This document shows positions 27,554-36,284 of a stretch of 64,000 bases of DNA, one piece after another. Numbering within the stretch: position 1 is the stretch's first letter; every line of letters starts with the position of its first letter. The translations under genes were made by a program, and so were the position numbers. Origin of the DNA: a virus (Duplodnaviria > Caudoviricetes); IMG/VR virus record IMGVR_UViG_3300037047_000246, one strand, 5' to 3'. The notes below the pieces were generated by a model. That model was not told the origin of the DNA and did not search any database. It worked only from the letters and a program-made list of their open reading frames with translations.

Positions 27554-30500
27554 ATGATCATCGATCCTCAACATCTCGCCCAGATCCGTCAAATCCGCTC
27601 GCAAACGGAAATATCGCTCAAGCCGTCGCCCTTCCTGCGTCAGTCCTTCGTTGATGATGGAGGCGAAGAGTTGCCTGTGCAACTCCGCAATTACCAAAAG
27701 GGACACATACTGGAAATGCTCATGTCGCCTCGCCACATAAACGGCGAGGACACAGGACTTGGCAAAGCCCAACCTTTGGACGCGAAGGTTCTGACTCCTC
27801 AAGGATGGGTCAATATGGGGGACCTTCGCGTGGGTGACTTTGTGATCGGTGCCAACGGGTTACCAACTAAAGTGCTTGGGATATACCCCAATGGCAAGAA
27901 ACAAATATATAAAGTCACAATGTCTGATGGGTCTAGCACCGAATGTTGCGAGGACCATTTGTGGACGGTGAGGACTGGAAATACGCGCCGATCTGGCGAT
28001 GGGTGGGTGGTGCGTTCGTTGAAGCAGATTGTTGCGACCGGCCTGTCCCGTCAAAGGAATTCCACCTGGCTCAGGTGGTCCGTACCCATAATGCGACCAG
28101 CACAATTCCCGGAGACGTGCCTACCGCTGGACCCGTATATAGTTGGTGTGCTGCTCGGCGATGGACTTACTCGGGCCGTCAAAGAACTTGGTCTAAAGGG
28201 CACAAATTGGAACACTAAGTTCATCCCTGTTCAGTACCTCACTGCATCAGTCTCACAGAGAATTGAACTGCTGCGCGGCCTGATGGACACAGATGGATAT
28301 GTGTCTAAAGATGGCATGGTGACTCAATTCTATTCATCCAACTTGAAGCTTGTGCAGGACTTCGTCGCTCTCGTCCAGTCATTGGGCGGTGTCGCCAAGA
28401 TAGCATCGAAGATGCCAACGCTGCGTGGGAAATCGCGAGCGAAGAATGGTAAACTCGCTTATACCGTCACTATTTCTCTTCCGAATGAGATCGTTCCGTT
28501 TCACCTTTCGAGGAAGGTCTCCCGGTGGCGTCCCAAAACGAAATATCAAACGGCACGACGGATAAAATCAGTGCAAGCGACGCGCGAAGCGGAATGTCAA
28601 TGCATTCGGGTTGCAGCGCACAACAACCTATATGTGACGGACGATTATATCGTCACCCACAACACGTTAGAGGTGCTCAGCACTATCGGGTACCTATGGC
28701 TTAAGGAACCTGAGTACGTACCTATAGTACTCACCAAAAAGTCTTCTCTGTACCAGTGGGAGGCCGAAACTAACAAGTTCCTGCAAAACGTAGAGGCAGT
28801 AACCATAGATGGCGGCCCGTATGAGCGAGACGTCGCTTACGCCCAATTCTTCGAAAGCTACGGCGATGGATGCAAGCGCCTGCTCATCATGACCTACGAT
28901 GCGTTGCTCAAGGACGCAAATGAGTCGGTTGTGCGCAAATCCGACCACAAATCATCGACGACTGACAGAAAGGCGTTGGCTGCTGCTCGCAAGATGCACA
29001 AGGCAGCCAAGCAAGCTGCGGCTGGCTCAACTCAGGACTTCGAATCTTTTTTCAACAAACGACCGTTCGAGATTTGGGACTATGCCAAGACCACGGTAGC
29101 CATTGGCGCCCAATCCAGGCCGCCCTTGCCCAACAACTGGCAGTCTGAAGACGAGCAGCAAGTTCAAGCGATGCGACAGCTCATCGACGCCGAGCAAGCT
29201 TGGCGCATCGAGGTTGCTCGACTCGAAGCTGCCGTGCATCCGACTGTTGTCACCCCTGGCGTCCTAGGTCACCTTAAGGCATTTCAGGCAGCGCATCCGC
29301 AAGCTAAGCTGATGCTGGTGATGGACGAAGTGCACGTCGTCAAAAATCATAAAGGCAAAATTCATTTGGCGGCGTCTGACTTGGCCAAGTGTTGCGATCG
29401 GGTATGTGGCCTCACAGCGACGCCGGTCAAAAACCGCTTGATGGAGTTTTTCGCCCTGTTCCGCATTGTGGTGCCTGGCCTGTTTCCAAAGGTGACGTGG
29501 TTCCAAAACGAATACTGCGTCACCAAGCTCCAGAGGATTGGCGGGGGGCGCCAAGTGCCCATCGTTGTGGGTTACAAGAACCTCGACCAATTTGTTAAAG
29601 TCATAGAGCCGTTCTACCTGTCTCGACGCAAGTACGACGTGGCCGCAGAGCTGCCGCATCTGGTGTCGCGAGAGTTGCAATGTGAGCTGACTGACATGCA
29701 GGAAGAATTGTACGATATGGCTGAAGCAGGTTTGCTCGCCAAAGACGCTGACCCGGATGAATCATCAGCGGCCGTGCTCGGGGCCATGACGTTTGTGCAG
29801 GAGGCGGTCAATGCCCCGAGCCTACTCAACGACTCAGATGGTCAGCCGTTTCAGGGCAGCTCACCCAAGGTAGACACACTGATAGAAATGCTCGAAGACG
29901 AGCTTGATGGAGTCAAAACCATTGTGTTTTCCAGGTTTGAACGCATGGTGTCACTGACTGAACAAGCGCTCAAGAACAAGGGTATTCGCTGCACTCGCAT
30001 CACCGGCAAGGAGGCTAAGGCCTCAGATCGCGAGAAGGCTAAGGCGCTATTTCAAGATCCCAAGTCGGGCGTCGACGTGATTCTCATCACCGAAGCCGGG
30101 TCGGAGTCCATCAATTTGCAGGCAGCAGAGCATTTTGTGCTGCTCGACTCACCCTGGAGCTGGGGCACCTACCTGCAGCTCATCGGCCGCATGATTCGCA
30201 TCGGCAGCAAACATTCAATGGTAGTGGCCACCCATTTGGTGGGCATCCGCAAAAGCGGCGCCAAGACGATAGACCAATATGTCATCAAGAAGCTCAAAAC
30301 CAAGAAGTCCCTGGCCGACAAGGTGGCGGGGGAGGGTCTCAAAGACGGCCTGAAGTTCGTCCCGGAAGACGACGCCATGGAGCTGGTCGCCATGATAAAG
30401 TCGGGCCGGGAAGGGGGTCAGAAGGCCTCAGCGCCGGCAGCCGGTGCCAAGGTGCCCTCCATCGGCAAAAAGCTCAGGGAAACCCCCTCCCGTGTCAAGA

Positions 30501-30568
30501 AGAGCATGCCCGAAGACCAGCCCGGCGCTAAGGCCGTTGTCGTGAGCCTCGACGACTCGGAGATTTGA
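27554..30568 (+). CDS. SNF2-family helicase containing an intein
   Basis: Motifs LRNYQ, DTGLGK|T, DEVH, LTATP, FSRF, AGSESINLQAA and QLIGRMIRIG. Confidence 0.93.
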   Translation: MIIDPQHLAQIRQIRSQTEISLKPSPFLRQSFVDDGGEELPVQLRNYQKGHILEMLMSPRHINGEDTGLGKAQPLDAKVLTPQGWVNMGDLRVGDFVIGANGLPTKVLGIYPNGKKQIYKVTMSDGSSTECCEDHLWTVRTGNTRRSGDGWVVRSLKQIVATGLSRQRNSTWLRWSVPIMRPAQFPETCLPLDPYIVGVLLGDGLTRAVKELGLKGTNWNTKFIPVQYLTASVSQRIELLRGLMDTDGYVSKDGMVTQFYSSNLKLVQDFVALVQSLGGVAKIASKMPTLRGKSRAKNGKLAYTVTISLPNEIVPFHLSRKVSRWRPKTKYQTARRIKSVQATREAECQCIRVAAHNNLYVTDDYIVTHNTLEVLSTIGYLWLKEPEYVPIVLTKKSSLYQWEAETNKFLQNVEAVTIDGGPYERDVAYAQFFESYGDGCKRLLIMTYDALLKDANESVVRKSDHKSSTTDRKALAAARKMHKAAKQAAAGSTQDFESFFNKRPFEIWDYAKTTVAIGAQSRPPLPNNWQSEDEQQVQAMRQLIDAEQAWRIEVARLEAAVHPTVVTPGVLGHLKAFQAAHPQAKLMLVMDEVHVVKNHKGKIHLAASDLAKCCDRVCGLTATPVKNRLMEFFALFRIVVPGLFPKVTWFQNEYCVTKLQRIGGGRQVPIVVGYKNLDQFVKVIEPFYLSRRKYDVAAELPHLVSRELQCELTDMQEELYDMAEAGLLAKDADPDESSAAVLGAMTFVQEAVNAPSLLNDSDGQPFQGSSPKVDTLIEMLEDELDGVKTIVFSRFERMVSLTEQALKNKGIRCTRITGKEAKASDREKAKALFQDPKSGVDVILITEAGSESINLQAAEHFVLLDSPWSWGTYLQLIGRMIRIGSKHSMVVATHLVGIRKSGAKTIDQYVIKKLKTKKSLADKVAGEGLKDGLKFVPEDDAMELVAMIKSGREGGQKASAPAAGAKVPSIGKKLRETPSRVKKSMPEDQPGAKAVVVSLDDSEI
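27767..28663 (+). mobile_element. Ala1 (class 3-type) intein, 299 aa, with partly deleted LAGLIDADG endonuclease
   Basis: Begins AQPLDAKVLTP, block B CEDHLW, block F CQCIRV, ends VTHN/T; inserted between K and T of Walker A; LLGDG and RGLMDTDG motifs. Confidence 0.92.
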
Positions 30569-30570
30569 CG

Positions 30571-31392
30571 ATGGACGAATGCAAGTGCAACGGACGAGGT
30601 ATCATAGAGAAAGAGGGCAAGCTGTACGAGTGCATTTGCGCCATCTTGATGCGTCGAGCGGCTTCCATGCCCCCGTACGTGCGGATAGCCGACCTTCGGC
30701 CAGAGCATCTGACGCACAATCTGCACGCTCATGTGCACAAGTCGCTGTTCGTGATGGCTACATGGCCAGACATGAAGGCGATCATCAAAGCCGTGATGAT
30801 CCGGCATATCAATTTGTTTGTTCGGGTGACTTCGGACAACGAAATTTTGCACGCCTACGTCGGCAATATGGCCCGCAAGAACAAGAACGATAACGAAGCT
30901 TCGTTCGAAAACGTCGGAGACTTCATCGGTCCGCCGAATTTGGCAATTGTGCGTCTCAACGCCATCACGCGCCCGAACAAGGCAGCCGCTGGAGCGCTTG
31001 AAGAGGCTTTGGTGTGCCGATCGGACCATGACAAACCCATATGGTTGGTATCCGACATGGACCGACATTTCACCTCAACCAGCCCGGCGTACTCTGAATC
31101 GCTTTGGGACTTGATTGAGGCTATGCCGAAAGTGCGAATTCCGCCAATTCTGCCTCGCAACGCGCCGGCAGGGGTGTTGGATGTGGAGCTGGTGGGATCT
31201 GGTTCGCCAGCGCCAGCGCCAGCGCCAGCGCCAGCGAGCAAGAGTGGCGACTCTCCGCCCAAAAAGACGCGCCCCAAGCCAGAACCGGAGCGCCGCGCTC
31301 CCCCGCGCGACGCGGAAGATGACGACTTCGGCTTGTCAGTGTATGGATCAGGCCTGGGAAAAAAGAAGCCGTTTGGTAGAGGCGACGACTGA
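30571..31392 (+). CDS. DnaC/IstB-like helicase loader, degenerate (Walker A/B lost)
   Basis: N-terminal CxCxGxG...CxC; C-terminal LEEALVCRSDHDKPIWLVSD matches the DnaC-type IxxRYxxxKPTIITSN; immediately upstream of dnaB. Confidence 0.55.
   Translation: MDECKCNGRGIIEKEGKLYECICAILMRRAASMPPYVRIADLRPEHLTHNLHAHVHKSLFVMATWPDMKAIIKAVMIRHINLFVRVTSDNEILHAYVGNMARKNKNDNEASFENVGDFIGPPNLAIVRLNAITRPNKAAAGALEEALVCRSDHDKPIWLVSDMDRHFTSTSPAYSESLWDLIEAMPKVRIPPILPRNAPAGVLDVELVGSGSPAPAPAPAPASKSGDSPPKKTRPKPEPERRAPPRDAEDDDFGLSVYGSGLGKKKPFGRGDD
31207..31236 (+). repeat. (CCAGCG)x5 tandem repeat encoding a Pro-Ala linker
   Basis: Read directly. Confidence 0.9.
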
Positions 31393-31441
31393 CTCGCTGC
31401 AACTGCGCACTGCATAAACGAAGCGCTATCAAGAGGTACCC

Positions 31442-34057
31442 TTGGAGAGAATACTCAGAAGCCTCATTCAGGTCGGCGCTGTGCCGGATGCCGAAGACTG
31501 CCTGCGCAACTGGATCAAGCTGCAAGAGCATTCCATCGACTTTCCTACGGTTGAGGACAAGTCCATTTTCGAATATCTCGGCACGTTTTACGGGCAGATG
31601 TCAGCGCCGCCTGACTTCACCATCGTGCGCGAGTTTTTTGAGAAGGAAGACAATGTCGAAGCAGTTTCTCGCCTGGACGAAATCAAAGCTGCGCAACCGT
31701 TCATTGGCACCAACTACCTAGCCATCGTTCGCGCCGAAGAAGATCGCCAGCAGATCAAGAACTTCGTGATGCTGATGCGAGACGCCACCGTGGTGGCGGA
31801 ACACGGCCGCAACGTCGACAAATCGCTCGGCGGCAAAAAGGTGCTCAAGGGCATATCGGACGCTGTCGGATTCGTATATGACAAGCTGCACGATTTCACT
31901 CGCGTCGAAGGCGGCGAGAAGCTCGAAGGGGTGGTCACTGACGACGCCGAAGAACTTCTCGGCGAGTATGAGGTCACCGAAAAAACGGACAAGTATGCGG
32001 GGCGCAATCTGTTCGGCTTGGAGCCGGTCGATGCCGTGTGCCGCGGCCACAGGCGAGGCGAATACTGGATCCATACAGCTTACGCCGGCGAGCTCAAGAC
32101 TTCGCTGTCGTTGAACTACGCGTACAACAACGCATACGTCTACGGCAAGAACATCTTTTATGCCATCCTAGAAATGCCGTACAAGCAGCTGCGCCGTCAG
32201 TTGTACGTCATTCACTCGTCGCACGGCAAATTTGTGACCGAGTGGTGGAAAGAAGACGAGCGGCTGGGTATTCCACCTGAACATCGCTACACCGGTTTGG
32301 ACTACCGCAAGGTGAGAGACGGCGAGTTGTCGCCGAAGGACAAAGAGCGCCTCAAGATGGTCGCTCAAGACTTCAAAACAACTTCAAAAGGCAAGTTGTT
32401 TGTCTGGCGCCCTTCAGAAGAGGTCGGCATTCTGGAAATCCGGCGCAAGGCCGAGATGTTTCACAACAAATGGGGCTGCGACGGCATCGTTGTGGACCAC
32501 CTCGGCCTTGCCAAGCCTCGCTACAGGACTTCGGACTTCGTGACGTCTTCGAACGCCGTGGTCCGCGACGGACGCCTGATGGCGCTAAACTTCGCGCGAG
32601 GCCGAGGCGTGCCGGTGCTGGCTCTGTTCCAAATGAACCGCCAGGGCAAACTCCGAGCAGACAAGAACGACGGCCGCTACGACATGGCTGCGATATCCTA
32701 CGCTAACGAGTGCTGTGCTGAAGGTACGCTAGTGCAAACGCAGCTCGGACTCTTGCCTATTGAACAAGTGGAGCCTGGAGTGCACCGCGTATGGAGCTCC
32801 ACCGGATGGAAGGGAGTGTTGAATCGATTCGACAATGGCGTCAGAGACGTCTACACGGTCGAGACCGCCGACGGAGCCGCGGCAAAATTTACTGGCGAAC
32901 ACAAGCTCCGTGCTTTGCGCGGCGGCAAAGTCGTTTGGGTGCAGGTGTCAGATTTGATCCCTGGCGATGTTCTGTTGTCCGATTTTGACAATGGGCAGTT
33001 CCCACTCGATCCGCCTTTGCTGCCTGCTCTGGACACATGCAAGTACGAACGGCCGACCAACCATGATGGGGAGACGTTGACCGTGCCGTCTAGGCTAGGG
33101 GCAGGTCTTGCCTATCGGATGGGAGTCGGATTGGACCGCAAGCCTGGGATTCCTGCTGTAGTGTTGGCCGCCCCGAAGGCGATGGTTGTGGCGTACTTGC
33201 AAGGCCTTTTCGACACTGATGGGTCGATAAACTCGCAAGGCGTAATCAGCATTGATTTGAAACGCGACATGAAGCGCACTTTGTTGCATGCGAAGCTTTT
33301 GCTGGCTAAACTCGGAGTGGCTAGCACTGTGCACGATTCAGTCACGCGGCTCGCTGGCTGCGATTTTGACAGAACGGTTCTTCGCGTCCGCGCTAGACTG
33401 TCGAGAGAGATGTTTGCCCGCATCGTTGGTTTTACAGAACCTGAGAAGCAGGTCAAACTCATGTCTTTTGTGCATGCTGCGGCCGGGTCCCCTAAAGCTG
33501 GGGACTTCGTATCGTGGCCAGTGACGGATATGTTGGAAAGAGTATGCAGCCGGCATATCGCGTGCCTGCCTCGCAAACTTCAGCATGCGATTAAAACGCG
33601 CCGGGTGTCTCATGGTGCGCTTATGCAGTTGGTGAACTTGCTCCGGGATGTGTGCGACAACGATGACTTGGACTGTTTAAGAGTGCTGGCTTCAGCATGC
33701 AGACCCGCTGTGGTCAAATCGGTCGTAGCCGATGGTCAGAGTCAAGTGTTTGACCTGGAAGTCACCGGAGACCATGAGTACTCCACCGACGGTTTTTTGT
33801 CGCATAACTGCGAGAAAAGTGCCGACGTCATCACCTGGACGTACCTGAACGACCAGCTTCGCAAAGAAGGCAAGTTTTACATGGGCAACTTGAAGAACCG
33901 GGACAATCCGCTGTTCGATAGGATGACTGGCAAGATCCTATGGTTGTCCAAGCGAATGCGAGCAATCGAATCTGGGCTTATCGACATCAACAACGACCTT
34001 CTAGTCTCGGCCGGGAGGCACGTCAGTCAACTGTCGGCATCCGATTTGCTCATTTGA
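31442..34057 (+). CDS. dnaB: DnaB-like replicative helicase containing an intein
   Basis: TTG start after AGAGG; AYAGELKT P-loop, IVVDHLGL, VLALFQMNR, ANE|CEKSAD, KNR. Confidence 0.88.
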   Translation: MERILRSLIQVGAVPDAEDCLRNWIKLQEHSIDFPTVEDKSIFEYLGTFYGQMSAPPDFTIVREFFEKEDNVEAVSRLDEIKAAQPFIGTNYLAIVRAEEDRQQIKNFVMLMRDATVVAEHGRNVDKSLGGKKVLKGISDAVGFVYDKLHDFTRVEGGEKLEGVVTDDAEELLGEYEVTEKTDKYAGRNLFGLEPVDAVCRGHRRGEYWIHTAYAGELKTSLSLNYAYNNAYVYGKNIFYAILEMPYKQLRRQLYVIHSSHGKFVTEWWKEDERLGIPPEHRYTGLDYRKVRDGELSPKDKERLKMVAQDFKTTSKGKLFVWRPSEEVGILEIRRKAEMFHNKWGCDGIVVDHLGLAKPRYRTSDFVTSSNAVVRDGRLMALNFARGRGVPVLALFQMNRQGKLRADKNDGRYDMAAISYANECCAEGTLVQTQLGLLPIEQVEPGVHRVWSSTGWKGVLNRFDNGVRDVYTVETADGAAAKFTGEHKLRALRGGKVVWVQVSDLIPGDVLLSDFDNGQFPLDPPLLPALDTCKYERPTNHDGETLTVPSRLGAGLAYRMGVGLDRKPGIPAVVLAAPKAMVVAYLQGLFDTDGSINSQGVISIDLKRDMKRTLLHAKLLLAKLGVASTVHDSVTRLAGCDFDRTVLRVRARLSREMFARIVGFTEPEKQVKLMSFVHAAAGSPKAGDFVSWPVTDMLERVCSRHIACLPRKLQHAIKTRRVSHGALMQLVNLLRDVCDNDDLDCLRVLASACRPAVVKSVVADGQSQVFDLEVTGDHEYSTDGFLSHNCEKSADVITWTYLNDQLRKEGKFYMGNLKNRDNPLFDRMTGKILWLSKRMRAIESGLIDINNDLLVSAGRHVSQLSASDLLI
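32711..33808 (+). mobile_element. Intein, 366 aa, with degenerate LAGLIDADG domain
   Basis: Begins CCAEGTLV, block B TGEH, QGLFDTDG, ends VFDLEV...FLSHN/C. Confidence 0.92.
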
Positions 34058-34066
34058 GGTGCGCAC

Positions 34067-34270
34067 ATGACTCCAAAGCTGTTCGGAGAGTGGGTCAGAT
34101 GGCGAGAAGCGCAGTGGCACGATTTGCCTACAGGCGGCGTTTATGAATTTTTGGACTCCAGTTCAGGAAAAATGCTGGAACTGGAAATGTTGGTGCGCGG
34201 TCAACAAGTGAGATGGTTCTGGCAGCAGGAGGGTAAGCCGTTCGCTTGGGTGAGGCCAGCATCGGCTTAG
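34067..34270 (+). CDS. Hypothetical protein
   Basis: 67 aa, GAGGT RBS, in the replication operon. Confidence 0.5.
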   Translation: MTPKLFGEWVRWREAQWHDLPTGGVYEFLDSSSGKMLELEMLVRGQQVRWFWQQEGKPFAWVRPASA

Positions 34271-34273
34271 TTT

Positions 34274-34891
34274 ATGGAACAAGACAGCACTTCTGACCAA
34301 CAATGGGTCCAGGATCGGATCAAAGCAGTATCTGAGCGATACGACGCGTTCGACGCCCTAGTCGAGAACGGGGTGGAGCTGGACGACAAAGACTCGACAT
34401 TGCAGATCCAGTGCCCTCTTCCTGGGCATGGTCAAGACAATAGACCGTCGGCCAGGTACTACGCCGCCAACGGGTCTTCGGCTGCGCATTTCTACTGCTT
34501 CAAATGCCGCGTTCAACTGAACGGCATAGGCCTGATGGCAAGGATGCGCGGCATGGAGTTCATGCGAGCGCTGGGCGAGCTGGAGCGCCGTTTCAGCATC
34601 AAAACTCCGCGACGGCCCGAAGCCAGCATAGGTATGCCGCAAGACCGCAGCGGCGCATACGAGTCCAAAGCCTGGTCAGACGTGCCGCGGATGCTGGACC
34701 TTCTCGAGTCCAAGCTTTTGCGTCTGCGAAGTTCAGCTGCTCTCCTGGACTACATCAAGTGGTGCAGGGTGCTGGACGCAGTGCAATGGGACCTGGACCA
34801 CAACGGCGGGCAACCAACGCCGCAGATGGTTCTGATTTTGGCTCAGCTTAGAGATGCTATGAACAAATGCATGCAGAATGCAGACATTTGA
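34274..34891 (+). CDS. Stand-alone primase CHC2 zinc-binding-domain protein
   Basis: CPLPGH..DNRPSA...FYCFKC...GIGL...MEFMRALGEL; no TOPRIM domain follows. Confidence 0.8.
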   Translation: MEQDSTSDQQWVQDRIKAVSERYDAFDALVENGVELDDKDSTLQIQCPLPGHGQDNRPSARYYAANGSSAAHFYCFKCRVQLNGIGLMARMRGMEFMRALGELERRFSIKTPRRPEASIGMPQDRSGAYESKAWSDVPRMLDLLESKLLRLRSSAALLDYIKWCRVLDAVQWDLDHNGGQPTPQMVLILAQLRDAMNKCMQNADI

Positions 34892-35336
34892 ATATAGCTT
34901 GGAGCTGAGCACTGGCGAGCGGCTTGCTGTGACAGAGATCGCCATGGGAGCTTTGGACTCTTGGATGACCAAAGCCTTTTCCGACGCCGCTGCGCGTCAG
35001 CTGCTGGCTGGCGTGTTGGACCTTTGCACCCGCGCGCCAAGATGTGTGCTGGACGATGCCAAGATAGGGTACACAAAACCCCTGGAGAGGCTGCTGAAAA
35101 CTCCGCCCAGCGGGGCTCTGATGCGGCTCGACAAGCCAGAATGCTTCAGCATGTCCAACTGTGCCGTGGCAGACAAAGCAAAGTGCACAGCGAGATTTGA
35201 TAAGTTTCCCGAATGTTGGGACTACGACATAGGGCACAGCGACGACTTCACCGATGCTATGTCTGCGGCTCAGGAGCTAGCGAAGACGGTGGTGTTTGCT
35301 TGGAAAGACGGACGATACGTCATTATTTCCGAGTAA
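34878..35336 (+). CDS. Cys-rich hypothetical protein
   Basis: 152 aa ORF overlapping the upstream stop. Confidence 0.5.
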   Translation: MQTFEYSLELSTGERLAVTEIAMGALDSWMTKAFSDAAARQLLAGVLDLCTRAPRCVLDDAKIGYTKPLERLLKTPPSGALMRLDKPECFSMSNCAVADKAKCTARFDKFPECWDYDIGHSDDFTDAMSAAQELAKTVVFAWKDGRYVIISE

Positions 35337-36246
35337 GCTCGTCAGCGAGCTCTTCAACAAGCCGAGCTGCTCTCGGAGACAGCTTCTTCGGCACTTCCAC
35401 CACGGCGACGATGCGAAGGTCGCCGGTTCTTCCTGTTTGCGAGTTCTTGATGCCTCCGCCAGACACGACTACGTGTTCGTTCGGCTGAATGCCGGACTGG
35501 ACGTCGAATTCAACAAGCTTGCCGTCCAGTCCGGCCACCGCAGCGCGAACGCCGCGAATAGCGTCGAACACTCCAATCTTAGACCGCGTGACCAGGTCAT
35601 CTCCGGATCTGTCGAACCGGCTGTGGCGCAGCCCCACTATGCGGACGAAAAGGCGGCCGCGGACTCCGCCAAAATCGCCGTCGAAGCACAGCTCTTGGCC
35701 ATGCTCTGCTCCGGCCGGAATTTGCACCCAGGCTTCAGCTTCGCCCGCCGCGCGACCCTTGCCGCTGCATTCTTTGCAAGGCCGAAGCGGCACGGTGCCT
35801 GCGCCTTTGCATGTGGCACATTGGCGCACCTTGCTGTTGAACCCCCACATGCTGGTTTGTTTGCCGGTTCCCAGACACTGGACACAAGGGCCGACTGGGG
35901 AGTCCGGCGCCCGTCCGGCGCCGCAGCACGTCCGGCAGGGCACTCCGTCCACCTTCACCACTACGCGCTTCGTGCAGCCGAACGCCTGCTCCTCCAGCGT
36001 CAGCTCTGCCGTACAGCTAGCTTCGTCGCAGACGACAGGCTCGACAGTCTCGGCAATGTCCTTGAGGCGGTCGTAGGCCCAAGTGATGCGCCTAAATTCT
36101 TCAGCGTCCCCTCCCGCGTCGGGGTGCGCTTGACTGGCCATTTTTCTGTACGCCCGCTTGACGTCGTCTTGGTTTGCTCCAACAGACAGGCCAAGAATCT
36201 CGTATGGGTCGTTTGAATCCACGGCTAACGCTACTTTGCCAGACAA
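35323..36246 (-). CDS. dnaJ: DnaJ co-chaperone (J domain, four CxxCxGxG motifs, C-terminal domain; no G/F linker)
   Basis: DPYEILG...AYRK...HPD; CRTCCGAG, CVQCLGTG, CATCKGAG, CKECSGKG; IPAG, GDL. Start may be the GTG at 36222. Confidence 0.95.
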   Translation of the reverse strand: MSGKVALAVDSNDPYEILGLSVGANQDDVKRAYRKMASQAHPDAGGDAEEFRRITWAYDRLKDIAETVEPVVCDEASCTAELTLEEQAFGCTKRVVVKVDGVPCRTCCGAGRAPDSPVGPCVQCLGTGKQTSMWGFNSKVRQCATCKGAGTVPLRPCKECSGKGRAAGEAEAWVQIPAGAEHGQELCFDGDFGGVRGRLFVRIVGLRHSRFDRSGDDLVTRSKIGVFDAIRGVRAAVAGLDGKLVEFDVQSGIQPNEHVVVSGGGIKNSQTGRTGDLRIVAVVEVPKKLSPRAARLVEELADELTRK

Positions 36247-36284
36247 CTCTGAGTCAAAGTCGTTCTCGCGATGTATTTTTCTAT

